Assembly (NCBI GenBank): GCA_025594325.1
Contig: JANHCV010000014.1
Span: forward strand, 186,001-250,000
From: Blastocladiella emersonii ATCC 22665
Taxonomy: Eukaryota; Fungi; Blastocladiomycota
Reading direction: 5' to 3'
Length of the DNA: 64,000 nucleotides
How positions within the stretch are numbered: the first letter of the stretch is position 1; each line of letters begins with the position of its first letter. The notes beneath the pieces are model-generated. The model did no database searches, was not told the DNA's origin, and saw only the letters and a list, made by a program, of their open reading frames with translations. This document shows, piece by piece, positions 1 to 11,577 of the stretch. The translations under genes and the position numbers were made by a program.

Positions 1-7
1 AAATTAG

Positions 8-453
8 CCGGCGACGCTGCGTCCAAGAAGTACGACTCGGGCGACGAGAACCTCGCAGCGACGCGCGCCGCGCTGCAGGCGCAGCACCAGCCGCGTCAGG
101 AGTCGCTGCTGCCCGCCTACCACCAGGCCCCGCTCAAGTTCGCCGACCCGCACGACGCGCCCTGGCGCATGAAGGCCAAGGGCGCGGTGCGCGCCGTGCT
201 CAAGTGGACCCGCGCCCGCGCCTTCTTCCACTGGCGCATCCCGCCAAGGACCGCCTGCGCGACCGCATCCTCGCTCCTCGCACTTCTTTTGCTACAGCGG
301 CGGGCGGATTCTCGCTTCGCCCGCCGTGTTCACGACCGCGGCCGCCCGCTCGATTATCGCCCTGCGCCCGTGCCGCGTGCAGCCCGCCCCGGACTCACCC
401 CCGTCGCTGACCGAGTACCTCGGCCGCTCGCGCGCAAGCACACGGACGGCTAG
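8..453 (+). CDS. Probable 3' exon or fragment of an unidentified gene entering from the left edge
   Basis: Frame +1 is open from 1 to 453. TTAG at 4-7 could be a splice acceptor. Codon usage is host-like to ~240 and then looks frameshifted. No recognisable motif. Confidence 0.3.
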
Positions 454-1222
454 CGCGTGTGGTTTCCGCCGCATCATCCATTGGGCCCACACGCCCGCAC
501 TTGGCGATGGCCGCGGCCATCCTGCGCGGCCACAGCCACCGTTGGCGGCCATGAAGACCCGCAGGCGCGCACTCTCTCCTCTGCCACCTCGCCGCAACCC
601 ACTTCATCGCGCCAAGATTGCTTGCACGGCCGCGGGCCAGAATACACTCACCCATTACACTGCATCCGCTCGTGAGACCGTAGCACCAGCGCGCGCGAGC
701 GAGCGACTGACATGGCCTGCGACCTTCACACACTCGCTCGCGCACTGCTCACGCCCCCATCGTGCCGCGATCCGCGTCAAATCTGGCCCCAGCGCTGTGT
801 GCGCGCGCCGTCAGGGCGCAATCCGGGCCCAGTCGAGCCCTGACCACTCGCCGCCACGCCCTGATCTGGCCCTGAGCGCAGGATCTGGGGCGAATCCCGC
901 CCATTCCGCAGGATGCACGAACCCCAACGCGGGCGACGACAATCTGTGCGCGAGGCAACGGTGCGCCACGTCATGTCGCGGGTGTGAAGACTCGACGTGC
1001 TCAGAGTCACAACGCAGCTAGCACCGCAGCCGCAGCACGACGCGGCGTCGACCCCCTGCGGCTAACACCTGCGCAAGACGCGTCTGGTGCGACGGTTCGC
1101 CGCGCTGCCATGGGAATGGGAGGGCAGGCATCCCCTCCGCTCGCCCTAGCCGTGGTCGAGTCGCGTCTCATCGTCGAGCCGCGAGCTGGATGTGGTTCCG
1201 AGGAGCATCACTGTATTTCGGC

Positions 1223-1900
1223 TCATGGTTTCGTACTCACCTGCTGCTCCGCCCCACGCTCGGCCTGCGACGCCGCTGCCGACACGCCCTGCAGCGCCGA
1301 GCTGAGGATCGCCTTCTTGGCTACCCGCACATGGATCGCCGACGACTGCCGCACGTCCATCTCGGGCTCCAGGTCCTCGTTCTCGTAGTCGAGCTCGTCC
1401 GCCAGCCGCACCGTGTCCGTCGTCACCTCGAGCGTGGCCGCGCCCAGGTACTGCTCCTGCAGCATCGTCGCGACGAGCGCCGCCCGCTCAATCGCCTTGC
1501 CGAGGCCGTGGATCACCACAAAGTTTTCTCTAAACACGTCGTGGTGGTGTGGGTGTGCCGTTGATGGGCGTTGAGTATAGCAGCGTACCCTTGCGTGTCG
1601 AGCATCTTGCGCGCGCGGGCGAGGTACGCGCGGACCGGCGTCGTCTTGTCCGTCGTCACGTAAATGTCAATCGGCGACGGCGACGCGCGCACCGGGTTCT
1701 TCTTGACGCGTTTGTCTACACAGTTCGGAGTTGTCGGTGGGGGGGGGGCTTTCGAGGGGGTAATGGGTGTCCTGAGACGCACGCTTCTCGTTGGCGTGCT
1801 CTGGCCGCGCTCGCTTCGGTGGCCGTTCCCGCTTCGACTGTTTGGCGGACTCTGTCTTCGGTTCGGCTGCATCCGCCGAGCGAGTTGCACGTGGTGGCAT
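1223..1900 (-). CDS. POP7: RNase P/MRP subunit Rpp20/Pop7 (Alba-like), 3 exons
   Basis: Introns 1716-1782 (GTGCGT..TAG) and 1530-1588 (GTACGC..TAG) join a 183-aa ORF: KRVKKNP..DIYVTTDKTTPVRAYLARARKML..FVVIHGLGKAIERAALVA..TDTVRLADEL..SAIHVRV, an Alba/Rpp20 pattern. Confidence 0.75.
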
Positions 1901-2597
1901 CGTTGTCTGCTTCATGGAGGGTCGAGGGGTAGAGTGGCAGGGTCTTTGAGCGCGACTGACGAGCTGAGCTGGGGCAAACCGGCCGGTCCGGTCACCCGGA
2001 AACCACATGATTGATCGACGCGTCTCTCAGCGCTGCACCGTCCTCGTTCGACAGTTTCTTCGAAAGACCACAACGTTGATGTTTACACTTGACAGCTGAT
2101 CTCGGCGCAAGATCGACAGAGAGGAACACGAGACTGTTCGAGGTTCCTGCGATTCGCAGCCTGCATAAGAACGCTGAAAAGGCCCCGGTGCTCACCGCCG
2201 TAAGCTTTCCAGCTAAAGCGAAGCCTGCGTTACATTTGCAAAGGCTTTAGCTGAAAAGTTTCTGTTTGGCTGCGGCCTTGACTTGGCGAACGCGCTGATG
2301 CGTGGCTCGCCCCGCCAACGATGATAGCCGTCATGCATGCGGCCACTGTTTGTGATTGCACATTTAATGCTACTGAGCTTGGCAGTGACCCGTAGCCCAA
2401 ACCGCTCATTAAAGGCAGCGGCAACTATCCCTCAAATACGCTCCTGTAACCGTGCGGACGTTGAGCCTCCCGGAGAAATGTCGTTACATGTACATGCGAT
2501 CAGGGTCAGGACAAGGAGGGAGAGCGGTGACGCAGAAAGAGCGAAATGCATCGAGGAAAGCAAAATCAACAAATCACAACAACAACCATCAAACCCA

Positions 2598-5256
2598 TCA
2601 AGCAGCAGGTGCGATCATCCCTTGGAACAAAGTCGGAATGCCGCGCAGCTCGTATTCGGCACGCAGCAGCTCGATGAGCTCGGGATTGTGGGTGAGATCA
2701 CCGATCGCGTCCGCGACTTCTGTCATCCACTCGTCGCACTGGACCTCGCCGAAGCGCGAGTTGTCGATGATCACGCGCACGGCGTCAAGAACCTCTGTCG
2801 GCGACCAAACGCCCTCGAGCGCGCCAGGCGGAAGGATTCGCCAGACGTTGCGTGGGCTCGACGCGCGCAGCTGCGCGAGGTTGCGGACGAGAACCTCCGG
2901 GTTGGTCCGGTGTAGCCCGTCGATGATCCACGCGACGTCGGACCCGGGGGCCGCGCACACCAGTCAAGAGCTCGCCGCGGCAAAGAAAGTCGGCCATGAT
3001 CAGCGACTCGCTCGAGAACACGGTGCCGCGAAGCTCGGCCTGGATCGCGGCGCGCGTCAGCGTGTTGGGAATCTTGGTCAGCGCGACGCGGATCGCGCAC
3101 TGCCACGGCTTCCACGCCGGGTCCGGGAGGTCGGCGGGTGCCACGTTCGTCACCGCAGCAGGGATTGCGCGCGGGGTGATGACGCGAGAAAAGCCCGCAG
3201 TCGGGATGGCGGGAGACGCGGCGAGCAAGGCTGGCGTGTGAAAGCGGCACGGGAGACTCGCCATAAATGCTTCGACGGTCCAGCAATGAGGTGCGGCGCG
3301 AGCAGCCGGCGAGAAGAGGAGGCCAAAGTCGGAGCGAGGCGACGTGATGCTGCCTGCGCCCGCGGTGTTCGCGAGGCAGCGTGTCGAGCGCGTACTCGAA
3401 CGTCAAGTTGTCGCACAGCAAGGCCACGACGAGCCGCGCAAAGGTGGGCGCACACGACTCGTCGACGCGCTCCAGCAGCAGGAGGTGCAGGTCGCTCCCG
3501 TAGGCACGGAACGTGTCCGTGTGCGCGTCGATGAACAGCAGCACGTCGTTGAGGATCCCAATGTCGTTGAGTGTAGCGAGGCAGTCCGACTGCGCGAGCA
3601 CGAGGCATGGGTCGAATTCGAGGGAAAGCGCGAGCCGGATAATCTCGTCGAGTCGCGACAGAAGCAAGGAAGACTTGGTCGGCGCAGCCCAGTGCCAGTA
3701 GTCGTACACGTCGAGCGAGTCCTCGCCGAGGGCAAAGGCCGTGTTGCCGCCGCCACTGAAGCTGAGCCCGAGCACGGCACACGCCACTAGAATAAGTTGA
3801 GGAGGAGGAAAATGCGCAATGAGTTAGTCCCCGTCGTACGAGCTTTACGTCGATACAGAGAAGACGTACCAAAGGCAAGCAGCTCGGCCTTGTACTGCGA
3901 AAAGCAGCTCGCACTAGCAAAGTCCCGAGCGCCGGCCGGATCTGTGAAGAGGAGGAGCACGAGTAGATGCGGAGCCGTGCTGTTGTCGATCAGGCCAAGG
4001 TCGGCGAGCCAGATAAGCGTCGACCCGTGGCCCTCGATCTCGCCGGTCTCGAGAATCTGGTCGATGCTGGTGCCGCGGTCCTGCAGCACATAGTGGGTGA
4101 TGGCGCGCAAGTGATCGAAGTGGATCTCGTCATGCTCGTAAATCCGCTTGTCAAACTTGTCGAACAGCTCCAAGAGCACGGGTCCGCCGCACTTGCCGCA
4201 AAGCACGAGCGCAACCGAGAAGGTCCGCTTGGTGTCGTGCTCGTCCGAGTCCACGAGGAACCACTTGAGCGTCGAGATGATGCGGTCGAAGGGAAGCGAT
4301 TGGTCGCACGACGCCGACATGAGCTTGAAGAGGCCACCATGAAACAATTTGCGTCGAAACTGGCCCACGTTGAAGCCGTACTTGGTATCGGTGACGATCG
4401 AGAGCATGTTGGGGCGCCACCACTTGAGACACGCAAGCGCGAGGACCTCGACGATGGTCATGCGCGCGCGCTCGTGCTCCGACTCGAAGCAATCTCGTTG
4501 ATATCGGTGTCGCCGCCCTCGTCATCGGTGGTATCGACGTCGACGCGGTGGCTGAGGTAAGCTTGGGTAACGCCGTCGCGCCATTCGAGATCGAGCGGCG
4601 CCCAGTCGGCCACTTGGAGACTGTGCTGAAGGAAGCGCTTGTCGGAAGCCAAAAAATCGAGCGTAAGGATCAGACAGGCGCCGTTGCCAGTCGCAGTAAC
4701 GTAGAGCGCGAGCTGGTACGGCAGGTAGAAGTTTTTGACGTGCGAGAGGGTGGGCACAAAGTCGTTGCCGTCGCCGCCGCCAGCGAGCAGAGTGAGCGGC
4801 CACTCGGACATGTCGGCGGTCGTCAGGTCGTCGGGAAGGCAAGGCGCAACGCGCTCGAAGAGGCGGGCGAGCATCGGCGCATTAAACACGTCAGGACCGT
4901 GAAGCCAGAATCCGCGATCGACGATACGAGACTCGGCGTCGGCCGCCGCGGCACGAGCGCGATGACGCAGGTACGGCGTAAGCGGCATCGAGTTGTGGAT
5001 TGAGAGCGTGTTGCCAAAAGCACCGCCGCCACCGTTGGGCCCGGACACGGCGGTCAAGCAAGTCAAGCGCCAGATCCACTGCACCCACTGCTTGCCGACG
5101 AGCTCGGCAAAGTCGCGAGTGGCGGCCGCAACGGCCGACCGCGGCGTGGCGAGCATGAGGATGTTGGACGAGAGCTCGGCGGGGAGGTCGCCCAGTCCGA
5201 GCGGCGCGGGAAGAGTCGAGGGAGCGGGTCCGTCGCCGTCTAGTAAATGGTTTCAT
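2598..5256 (-). pseudogene. F-box-like family copy 1 (divergent subfamily, frameshifted)
   Basis: DLPAELSSNILMLATPRSAVAAATRDFAEL near the start; family phase-1 intron 3787-3869 (GTACGT..CTAAC..TAG); C-terminus (AWIIDGLH..RNVWRILPPGALEG..LRAEYELRG) matches the other copies. Apparent frameshifts near 5220, 4480, 3270 and 2965. Confidence 0.7.
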
Positions 5257-6014
5257 GGTTTCGATTGCGTGTTACATTCGGGGGGCAGCGGCGCCTTATA
5301 TGAGCGGCGCGTCCCCAAAGTGATGGGAGTCACTGATCGGCGCAAGCCTGACCCACGCGACCGCGCGCGTTCGTCGATCCGTCCCCATCCTTCCTGCGAT
5401 CTCCTTGGGCCATCGCTGGCTGCCGTCCTTGGGTGTCGCGCCCGACAGGAGCGGGAGTGACCACGACGGCGGCCACAGTGGCGAGCAACCGCCGAGGCGG
5501 ATCCCAGCGGGTGCTCAGTCGCGTCGAGGTCGCTGTCCACCCACATGGTCAGTGAGCACTCTGGAAGGCCTGTCAGCGGATCCGCGTTGAGGTTTATGTT
5601 GCGCGAGACACGTCGGGTAGATGCGAGCGATCCGAAAACGCTGCTCAGATGCCCGTCTGATGTACTGCTGCGTGCATTCGTTGCGCGAGCGAGTTGAATG
5701 ACGATACAGAGTACGGTCTCGCAAGACTCGGTCTCGATCTCGCGCGTTGAACATCAAGTGCCCGCGGCACGGCGGTCGACTGACCGGCGGGCGAGCAGGC
5801 GAGCAACGGCGGTGAGCCGAAGCGATGAGATGTGAGCGGTCCGGCCCTCACTCGGCTGCTCTGCTTGCACGCGCGCATGCAGCGCGCGGGCGTCGCCATG
5901 CGAAACTCTGCAGAGCGCGGGGAACAGCTGTGACACGAGAGAACGATGAGATGTATGAACGACCAAACTGCTGCGCGACGCGCTCCCCCCTCACACCCGC
6001 CCACTCGAGCTCGC

Positions 6015-7712
6015 TCAAGTGATGACGGTCGGCTCCTTGCGGCCCGTGTACTTCTCGAGCTCAGCGACGCCGAGCGCCGCGTCGATGAGCGGCTTGAGGG
6101 CGACCTGCGGGTCGAGCTTGGTCTTGTTCGCGTCGTACGCCTCGACGTACATGCGGACCGTGGCGCCCTGCGACCCGGTGCCCGAGAGGCGGAACACGAC
6201 GCGCGACCCGTCGGCGAACACGGCGAACACGCCCTGCTTGGTCGACACGCTGCCGTCAACGGGGTCCGTGTACGCGAAATCGCCCGACTTGGCGATCGTG
6301 TACGGCCCCACGGCGGTGCCGACGGCAGAGGGCGAGCACCACCGCGCGCGCAGGGCGTCGACCATGGCGGCAGCGCCCGCCGCGTCCACCTCCTCGTAGT
6401 CGTAGCGCGAAAAGTAGTTGCGGCCAAACGACGCGTAAAAGTCGTCGAGGACCGCCTGCAGCGACACGTCGGCCCACCCGGCGTTGGCCGCGGCCGCGAG
6501 GATGCTGAGCCAGGCGACGATCGCCCACAGGCCGTCCTTTTCGCGAATGTGGTCGGACCCCGTGCCGAACGACTCCTCGCCGCAGATGCTGAGTCGGCCC
6601 GCGTCCATGAGGTTCCCAAAGAACTTCCACCCGGTCGGCACCTCGTAGCACGTGAGCCCGCGGGCCGCCGCGACGCGGTCGAGCGCCTGGCTCGTCGGCA
6701 TGCTGCGTGCGACGCCCTTGACACCGGTGCGGCGGAAGTAGGGGATGGCGCGCTCGGCCCAGTGCGCGATGACGGCGACCGAGTCGGACGGGTTGACGAA
6801 CGTGCCGTTGCGGCCAATGATCATGTTGCGGTCGCCGTCGCCGTCGCTGGCCGCGGCAAAGTCGATGTTCTCGGCGGCAACGCGGTCGACGCGCTCGTGC
6901 GCGTACGTCAGGTTCGGGTCCGGGTGGCCGCCCCCGAAATCGGGCAGCGGGACCGCGTTCATGACCGAGGTCGCGGGCAGGCCGAGCGCATCCACAAAGA
7001 TGGCCTTGCCGTAGGGCCCGGTCACGCCGTGCATGGCGTCGAACAGCACCGTGAACTGCGGGCGCGCGGCGAGGAAGGCGCGGATCGCGTCGAAGTCGAA
7101 GATGTCCTGCAGCAGGGCGACGTAGTCGGCGACCGAGTCGACGACCTCGACGGCGAACCCGGGCGCGACGTCGTGGGTGCCGATCTTGCTCAGGTCGACG
7201 GGCGGGACGTCGGCCACGTTGTACGAGGACAGCGTCTTGGAGTGCTCGAAGATGGCGTCGGTGACGGCCTCGGGGGCGGGCCCGCCGTTGCTGACGTTGT
7301 ACTTGATGCCGAAGTCGTTGTCGGGCCCGCCCGGGTTGTGCGAGGCCGTGAGCAGGATGCCGCCGACGGCTTTGCGCTTGCGGATCAGGTTGGACGCGGC
7401 GGGCGTCGACAGGATGCCGTGCTGGCCGACGACGAGGCGCGCGACCTTGCCCGAGGCGGCGGCGAGCGACACGATCTTCTGCACGGCCTCGGGCACGTAG
7501 AACCGGCCGTCGCCGCCGACGACGAGCGTGTGCTTGGCGGGCGCGTCGGGCGCGGGCGCCGGGACCGCGGCCAGGATGCTCGCGACGAACGTCTCGGTGT
7601 AGTGCGGCTGCTGGAACACCTTGACGCGCTTGCGCAGGCCCGACGTGCCCGGCTTCTGGTCCGTGAAGGGGACCGCGGCGACGGTCTTGATGCTGATGGG
7701 GGTCGATGCCAT
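6015..7712 (-). CDS. PGM: Phosphoglucomutase, intronless, 565 aa
   Basis: DQKPGTSGLRK, catalytic TASHNP, metal-binding DGDGDR, CGEESFG, C-terminal PTVIT. Confidence 0.97.
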   Translation of the reverse strand: MASTPISIKTVAAVPFTDQKPGTSGLRKRVKVFQQPHYTETFVASILAAVPAPAPDAPAKHTLVVGGDGRFYVPEAVQKIVSLAAASGKVARLVVGQHGILSTPAASNLIRKRKAVGGILLTASHNPGGPDNDFGIKYNVSNGGPAPEAVTDAIFEHSKTLSSYNVADVPPVDLSKIGTHDVAPGFAVEVVDSVADYVALLQDIFDFDAIRAFLAARPQFTVLFDAMHGVTGPYGKAIFVDALGLPATSVMNAVPLPDFGGGHPDPNLTYAHERVDRVAAENIDFAAASDGDGDRNMIIGRNGTFVNPSDSVAVIAHWAERAIPYFRRTGVKGVARSMPTSQALDRVAAARGLTCYEVPTGWKFFGNLMDAGRLSICGEESFGTGSDHIREKDGLWAIVAWLSILAAAANAGWADVSLQAVLDDFYASFGRNYFSRYDYEEVDAAGAAAMVDALRARWCSPSAVGTAVGPYTIAKSGDFAYTDPVDGSVSTKQGVFAVFADGSRVVFRLSGTGSQGATVRMYVEAYDANKTKLDPQVALKPLIDAALGVAELEKYTGRKEPTVIT

Positions 7713-7949
7713 GGTTTTGGGGGGAGTGTTGGGGGAGCGGGAGAGAGAGCGCGGGCCGCGGGAAGGCCGGCCCCTCTTATCGAGCGCCGGGCAACGTGGC
7801 GGCGACGCAGGCGGCGGCGACGCGCGCGGCGAGATGAGTGGGCGTCGGTCGCGTTGGACGCGTTGCAAACCGCACGGAAACCGCCGTTTCGCCCCGCACG
7901 TGCGCTGCTCTTCCGTCCTCGTCCTCATCATCATCCCTCGTCACACACC

Positions 7950-9989
7950 ATGAATGCACCCCCGCTAGTCCATGCAACGTCGGCCGGCCCCCCTCCGCCG
8001 GCGCAGGCCGCGGTGACGAAGCTGCACGCGCTCGCGCTCGTGTACCTGCACCAGGCGCGCGCCGCGGCGTGCAACACCGCGTACCTCGTCCAACCCGTCT
8101 CGGCGCCCGCCAACGAGTCGCTCGCGCCCGCCAGCGCCGCGCACTGGTTCCGTCTGGGCGTCGCGTGCCTCGAGTCGGCGTCCCGCTCGACGGCGGCGGG
8201 GATCGACGCGCCCTTAGCGCTCGAGAACCGCCTTCTCGTCGTGCGCGCCGTGGCCGAGTTTGCGCCCACCGACGCCGCGGCGGCGCAGCTCGCCCTGACC
8301 GCCCTCGCGCGCGCCGACTCGCTCGCGGCACGGCTGCCCGTCGGCGCGGACCGGCGGTTCGAGCTGGCGCAGGCGCGCGGCGCGTTCCTCACTGCCTCAG
8401 GCCGCGCGGCACAGGCGATCCCGGTCCTGACGTCGGCCGTCGACGAGGCGCGCGCGCTGGGGCGCGTCGGGTGGTCGGTGCGTCTCGCGGTACAGGCGGC
8501 GGACGCGATGAAGTGGGACGCGGCGACCGGGTACTGGCGGACCGCGGTGCTCCCGGCGTGCCAGGCCGCGCCCGGCGAGTGTCCCGTGCTCGCCCTCGAC
8601 GCGACGCTGCGGCTCGCGCACCGCGCGCTCGCGGACCCGAAGCTCAAGAGCATGGCCGACGCGGTGAGGTCGTTTGCGGCGCTCGCGGATTACTTTGACC
8701 AGATCGCTGCCGGGCCGATGCCCGCGGGGCTCGGTGGGGTCCCGCCGCGCCCGCTCGTCCTGCACATGAAGGTGCTGCGCGTCCTCGCCGCGGTCGCGGC
8801 TGACGACACGGACCGCGCCGCGGTGCTCGCGCAGGAGATGCTGCAGCTCGCCAACACGCCCACTACCCCGACTTCGGGAGACACGAACGTGCGCGTGTCC
8901 GAGGACGGCGCCGCCGTCGAGGTCACGGTGACCGACCTCTCGATGCCGCTGCTGCCCATGGACCCGACCCGCCCGCGCACCTCGCGCCTGCGCCTCGGCA
9001 CGCTCAACGCGCACGAGCTCAACGTCGCCGTGTTTCTCGCTGCCGGGTGCGTCAACGCGCCGGCCGCGGCGGGCGCGCGTGCGCGCGCGTTTTACCGCCG
9101 CGGGTACGTGTACCTGCTGCAGAATTTCGCGGCGATCCGGGTGCCGGAGCTCCAGGCGGTGTTGCTGCATCACCTGTTCGATATGTCGGTCGCGGTCGGC
9201 GATCTGGATGTTGCTGCCGAGGTACGTTTTTGGTTGTGGGAGTTTGGTGGCGGCGGCGACTAACTCGTGGAAATGTAGTGCCTCGAGCAGCTCGCGTACC
9301 TCCCGACGCCCTCGCCCACCTACGCGCTGCACCTCGCCCTCGGCGCCTTCTACACCGCCGCGAACCTGCCCGCGCGCGCGCTCGCGCACTACGACGCGGC
9401 GCTATCGGACCCGCTGACCCCGCGGGACGCGCGCGACCTGGCCTCGCTGCACCTCGCCCTCCTCCTCCGGTTCGCCCTCGACGACACCCCGGCCGCGACG
9501 CGCGTCCTGGACCCCGTGCACCCGACCCACCCGGCCCTCGCGGCCGTCCGGTCCCTCCTCCTCGCGACCGCGACCGCGTCGGCCAACACCGCGATCGTGG
9601 CGCAAAAGCAGCAAGTCCTGTCGGCGCTCCGCGACGTCGCCGCCCACGCGCTCCCGCGAACCCTCGCGCTCGCGCTTGCCGGGACCGTGTACGCGGGGAC
9701 GCACGCGGCGGGGGACGCGGCAGCCGCGTGGGCGAGCGCGCGGGCGGCCGCGGGGGAGGCGGTGGTTGGCGGGAGTACGCCGGGCGTCGCGTGGGGCGGG
9801 GTTGCGGCGGCGTGTTGTGATGCGCATGTCGAGGTGTTAAGGCTGGGCGGACAGGAGGGCGGAGTGAGCGTGGATGAGGAGACGCGTGCGTGGATCGCGG
9901 CGCAGCGGGCGGCCGAGGCGCAGAGGCCCCGCGACGAGGTGGTCAGGGCGGCGGTGGCGCGGGTCGAGGCGTTGCGGGTCGTGGGTTGA
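7950..9989 (+). CDS. Helical/TPR protein, probable cohesin loader Scc4/MAU2
   Basis: Intron 9222-9278 (GTACGT..CTAAC..TAG) gives a 660-aa Ala/Leu-rich helical protein. Segments FRLGVACLE and LHLALGAFYTAANLPARALAHYDAA resemble Scc4/MAU2; assignment is from remembered patterns only. Confidence 0.55.
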
Positions 9990-10014
9990 ATAGGATGATT
10001 GTATTGTACAACTA

Positions 10015-11163
10015 CTACGACTGCTGCGGCGAAGACGCGCGCGACTCGGTAAAGGTGCGGAACCCGTCGAGGACCTGCTTCACCCGTCCCTGGTACACGG
10101 CGTCGAGGGCAAGCTTGACGCCCTCCCCGAAACTCTCAGCGCGCCCCGCGAGGTAGATGAGCGCCGCAGCGTTGAGCGCGACGTAGGCCACGATCGGGTG
10201 GTCGCGCGGGAGCTCCCCCTGCACGAGCGTGGCGAGGATGCCCGCGTTGTACGCCTTGTCGCCGCCGCGGACCGCGGCCAGCGGGTACGTCGGCAACCCA
10301 AAGTCCTTGGGCTGGATCGTCATCTCGGTGACGCTCCCGTCCTCCCCCAAAACCCACACGTCGGTCGGCCCCGCGGGCGAGATCTCGTCGAGCCCCTCGT
10401 GCCCGCACACGACGAGGGCGCGGCGCACGCCCATCAGGGCCAAGGTGCGCGCGACGAGCGGGGCGACGGACCGGTGGTAGACGCCGATGACGGCGCGGTG
10501 CGGGTTGGCCGGGTTGCTGAGCGGGCCGAGCACGTTGAAGATGGAGGGGATCCCGAGCTCGCGGCGCGTCGGCGCGACGTGGCGCATCGCCGGGTGGAAC
10601 GTCTGCGCGAACAGGAAGCAGAACCCGAGCTGTTGGAGGGCGGGCGCCACGTCCGCGGGCCCGAGCGCGGCGATCCGGCACCCGGCGGCTTCCAGGACGT
10701 CGGCCGACCCGCACGCCGACGACGACGCGCGGTTCCCGTGCTTGGCGACCGTGCACCCGGTGGCGGCCGCGACGAGGGCCGCGGTCGTCGACACGTTGAA
10801 CGTGTCGTGGCCGTCGCCTCCCGTGCCCACAATGTCCACGACCACCGCGTCAGAGGGGAGCAAGGACAGATCGACGGGCGTCGCGTGGCGCTGCATCTCG
10901 GTTGCGCACGCCGCGACGACGGCGGGGTCGGCGTCGAGCGCGTGCAGGCGCACGGCGACCAGGAACGCGGCGATCTGCGCGGGCGACGCCACGCCGTCGA
11001 GCATCGCGCCCAGGATCGCGGCCACGTCCGTCGGCGGCGTGCGCGGGGACAGGACCAGCGATTTGAGGCGCGACTTGAGCGCGGCTTTGGCGGCCGCGTC
11101 GGGCTTCTTGGACGGCGGCGGTGCGGCGAAGGCGGCGGCGGGGAGCAGTTGGTCCATGGTCAT
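10015..11163 (-). CDS. TRP4: Anthranilate phosphoribosyltransferase
   Basis: DIVGTGGDG..TFNVST, AKHGNR..SSACGSAD, RRELGIPSIFNVLGPL.NP, GLDEISP. Intronless. Confidence 0.96.
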   Translation of the reverse strand: MTMDQLLPAAAFAAPPPSKKPDAAAKAALKSRLKSLVLSPRTPPTDVAAILGAMLDGVASPAQIAAFLVAVRLHALDADPAVVAACATEMQRHATPVDLSLLPSDAVVVDIVGTGGDGHDTFNVSTTAALVAAATGCTVAKHGNRASSSACGSADVLEAAGCRIAALGPADVAPALQQLGFCFLFAQTFHPAMRHVAPTRRELGIPSIFNVLGPLSNPANPHRAVIGVYHRSVAPLVARTLALMGVRRALVVCGHEGLDEISPAGPTDVWVLGEDGSVTEMTIQPKDFGLPTYPLAAVRGGDKAYNAGILATLVQGELPRDHPIVAYVALNAAALIYLAGRAESFGEGVKLALDAVYQGRVKQVLDGFRTFTESRASSPQQS

Positions 11164-11577
11164 TGTTACGTTCGTGATTCTATCGCGTGGCGATCGAGGC
11201 GAGGGGAGGGGAGAAGAGCGCGGGCTAGCTTTTGAAGGCGGGGAGGGCGGCGGGGCCGAGTCGCCGGGTGCCAAGGTAATTCGGCACGTGCGCATTTTTT
11301 CGGCCGAGAGAAGTCATCCCTCACGTGCGCGGGTCTTCGGCGGCTTGCTGCCTCGCCGCGGCGATCTCGCCACGCCGCGTCGGCCGGCCAGCCCGCGAAA
11401 GCCGGCCCGAACGTTACGTTAGCCGCCCGAGAAGTATAAAAGGCGCCGCGCGCGCCCGCACCCGGCTCTCGCTCCCGCAACTACGGCCTGACCTAGTACC
11501 AAGTACCGATCCCGCCAGGTACCCATCACCCTCTGCTGCGATGCTATCAACACGAACCCTAACGACCCCCCCCCAGA
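11164..11577. promoter_or_regulatory. Bidirectional promoter between TRP4 and TRP5
   Basis: 414-bp head-to-head intergenic region with CACGTG at 11285-11290 and 11322-11327 and a TATAAAA element near 11435 on the TRP5 side. Confidence 0.65.

Noticed and set aside
5597-5753. Segment with TGTT..AACA ends and partial inverted CGCGAGA, considered as a solo LTR or MITE
   Set aside because: No target-site duplication and imperfect termini.
5946-9263. 1105-aa ORF on the + strand
   Set aside because: Chimeric artefact: the first ~2 kb is the stop-free antisense shadow of PGM running in frame into the real SCC4-like exon at 7950.
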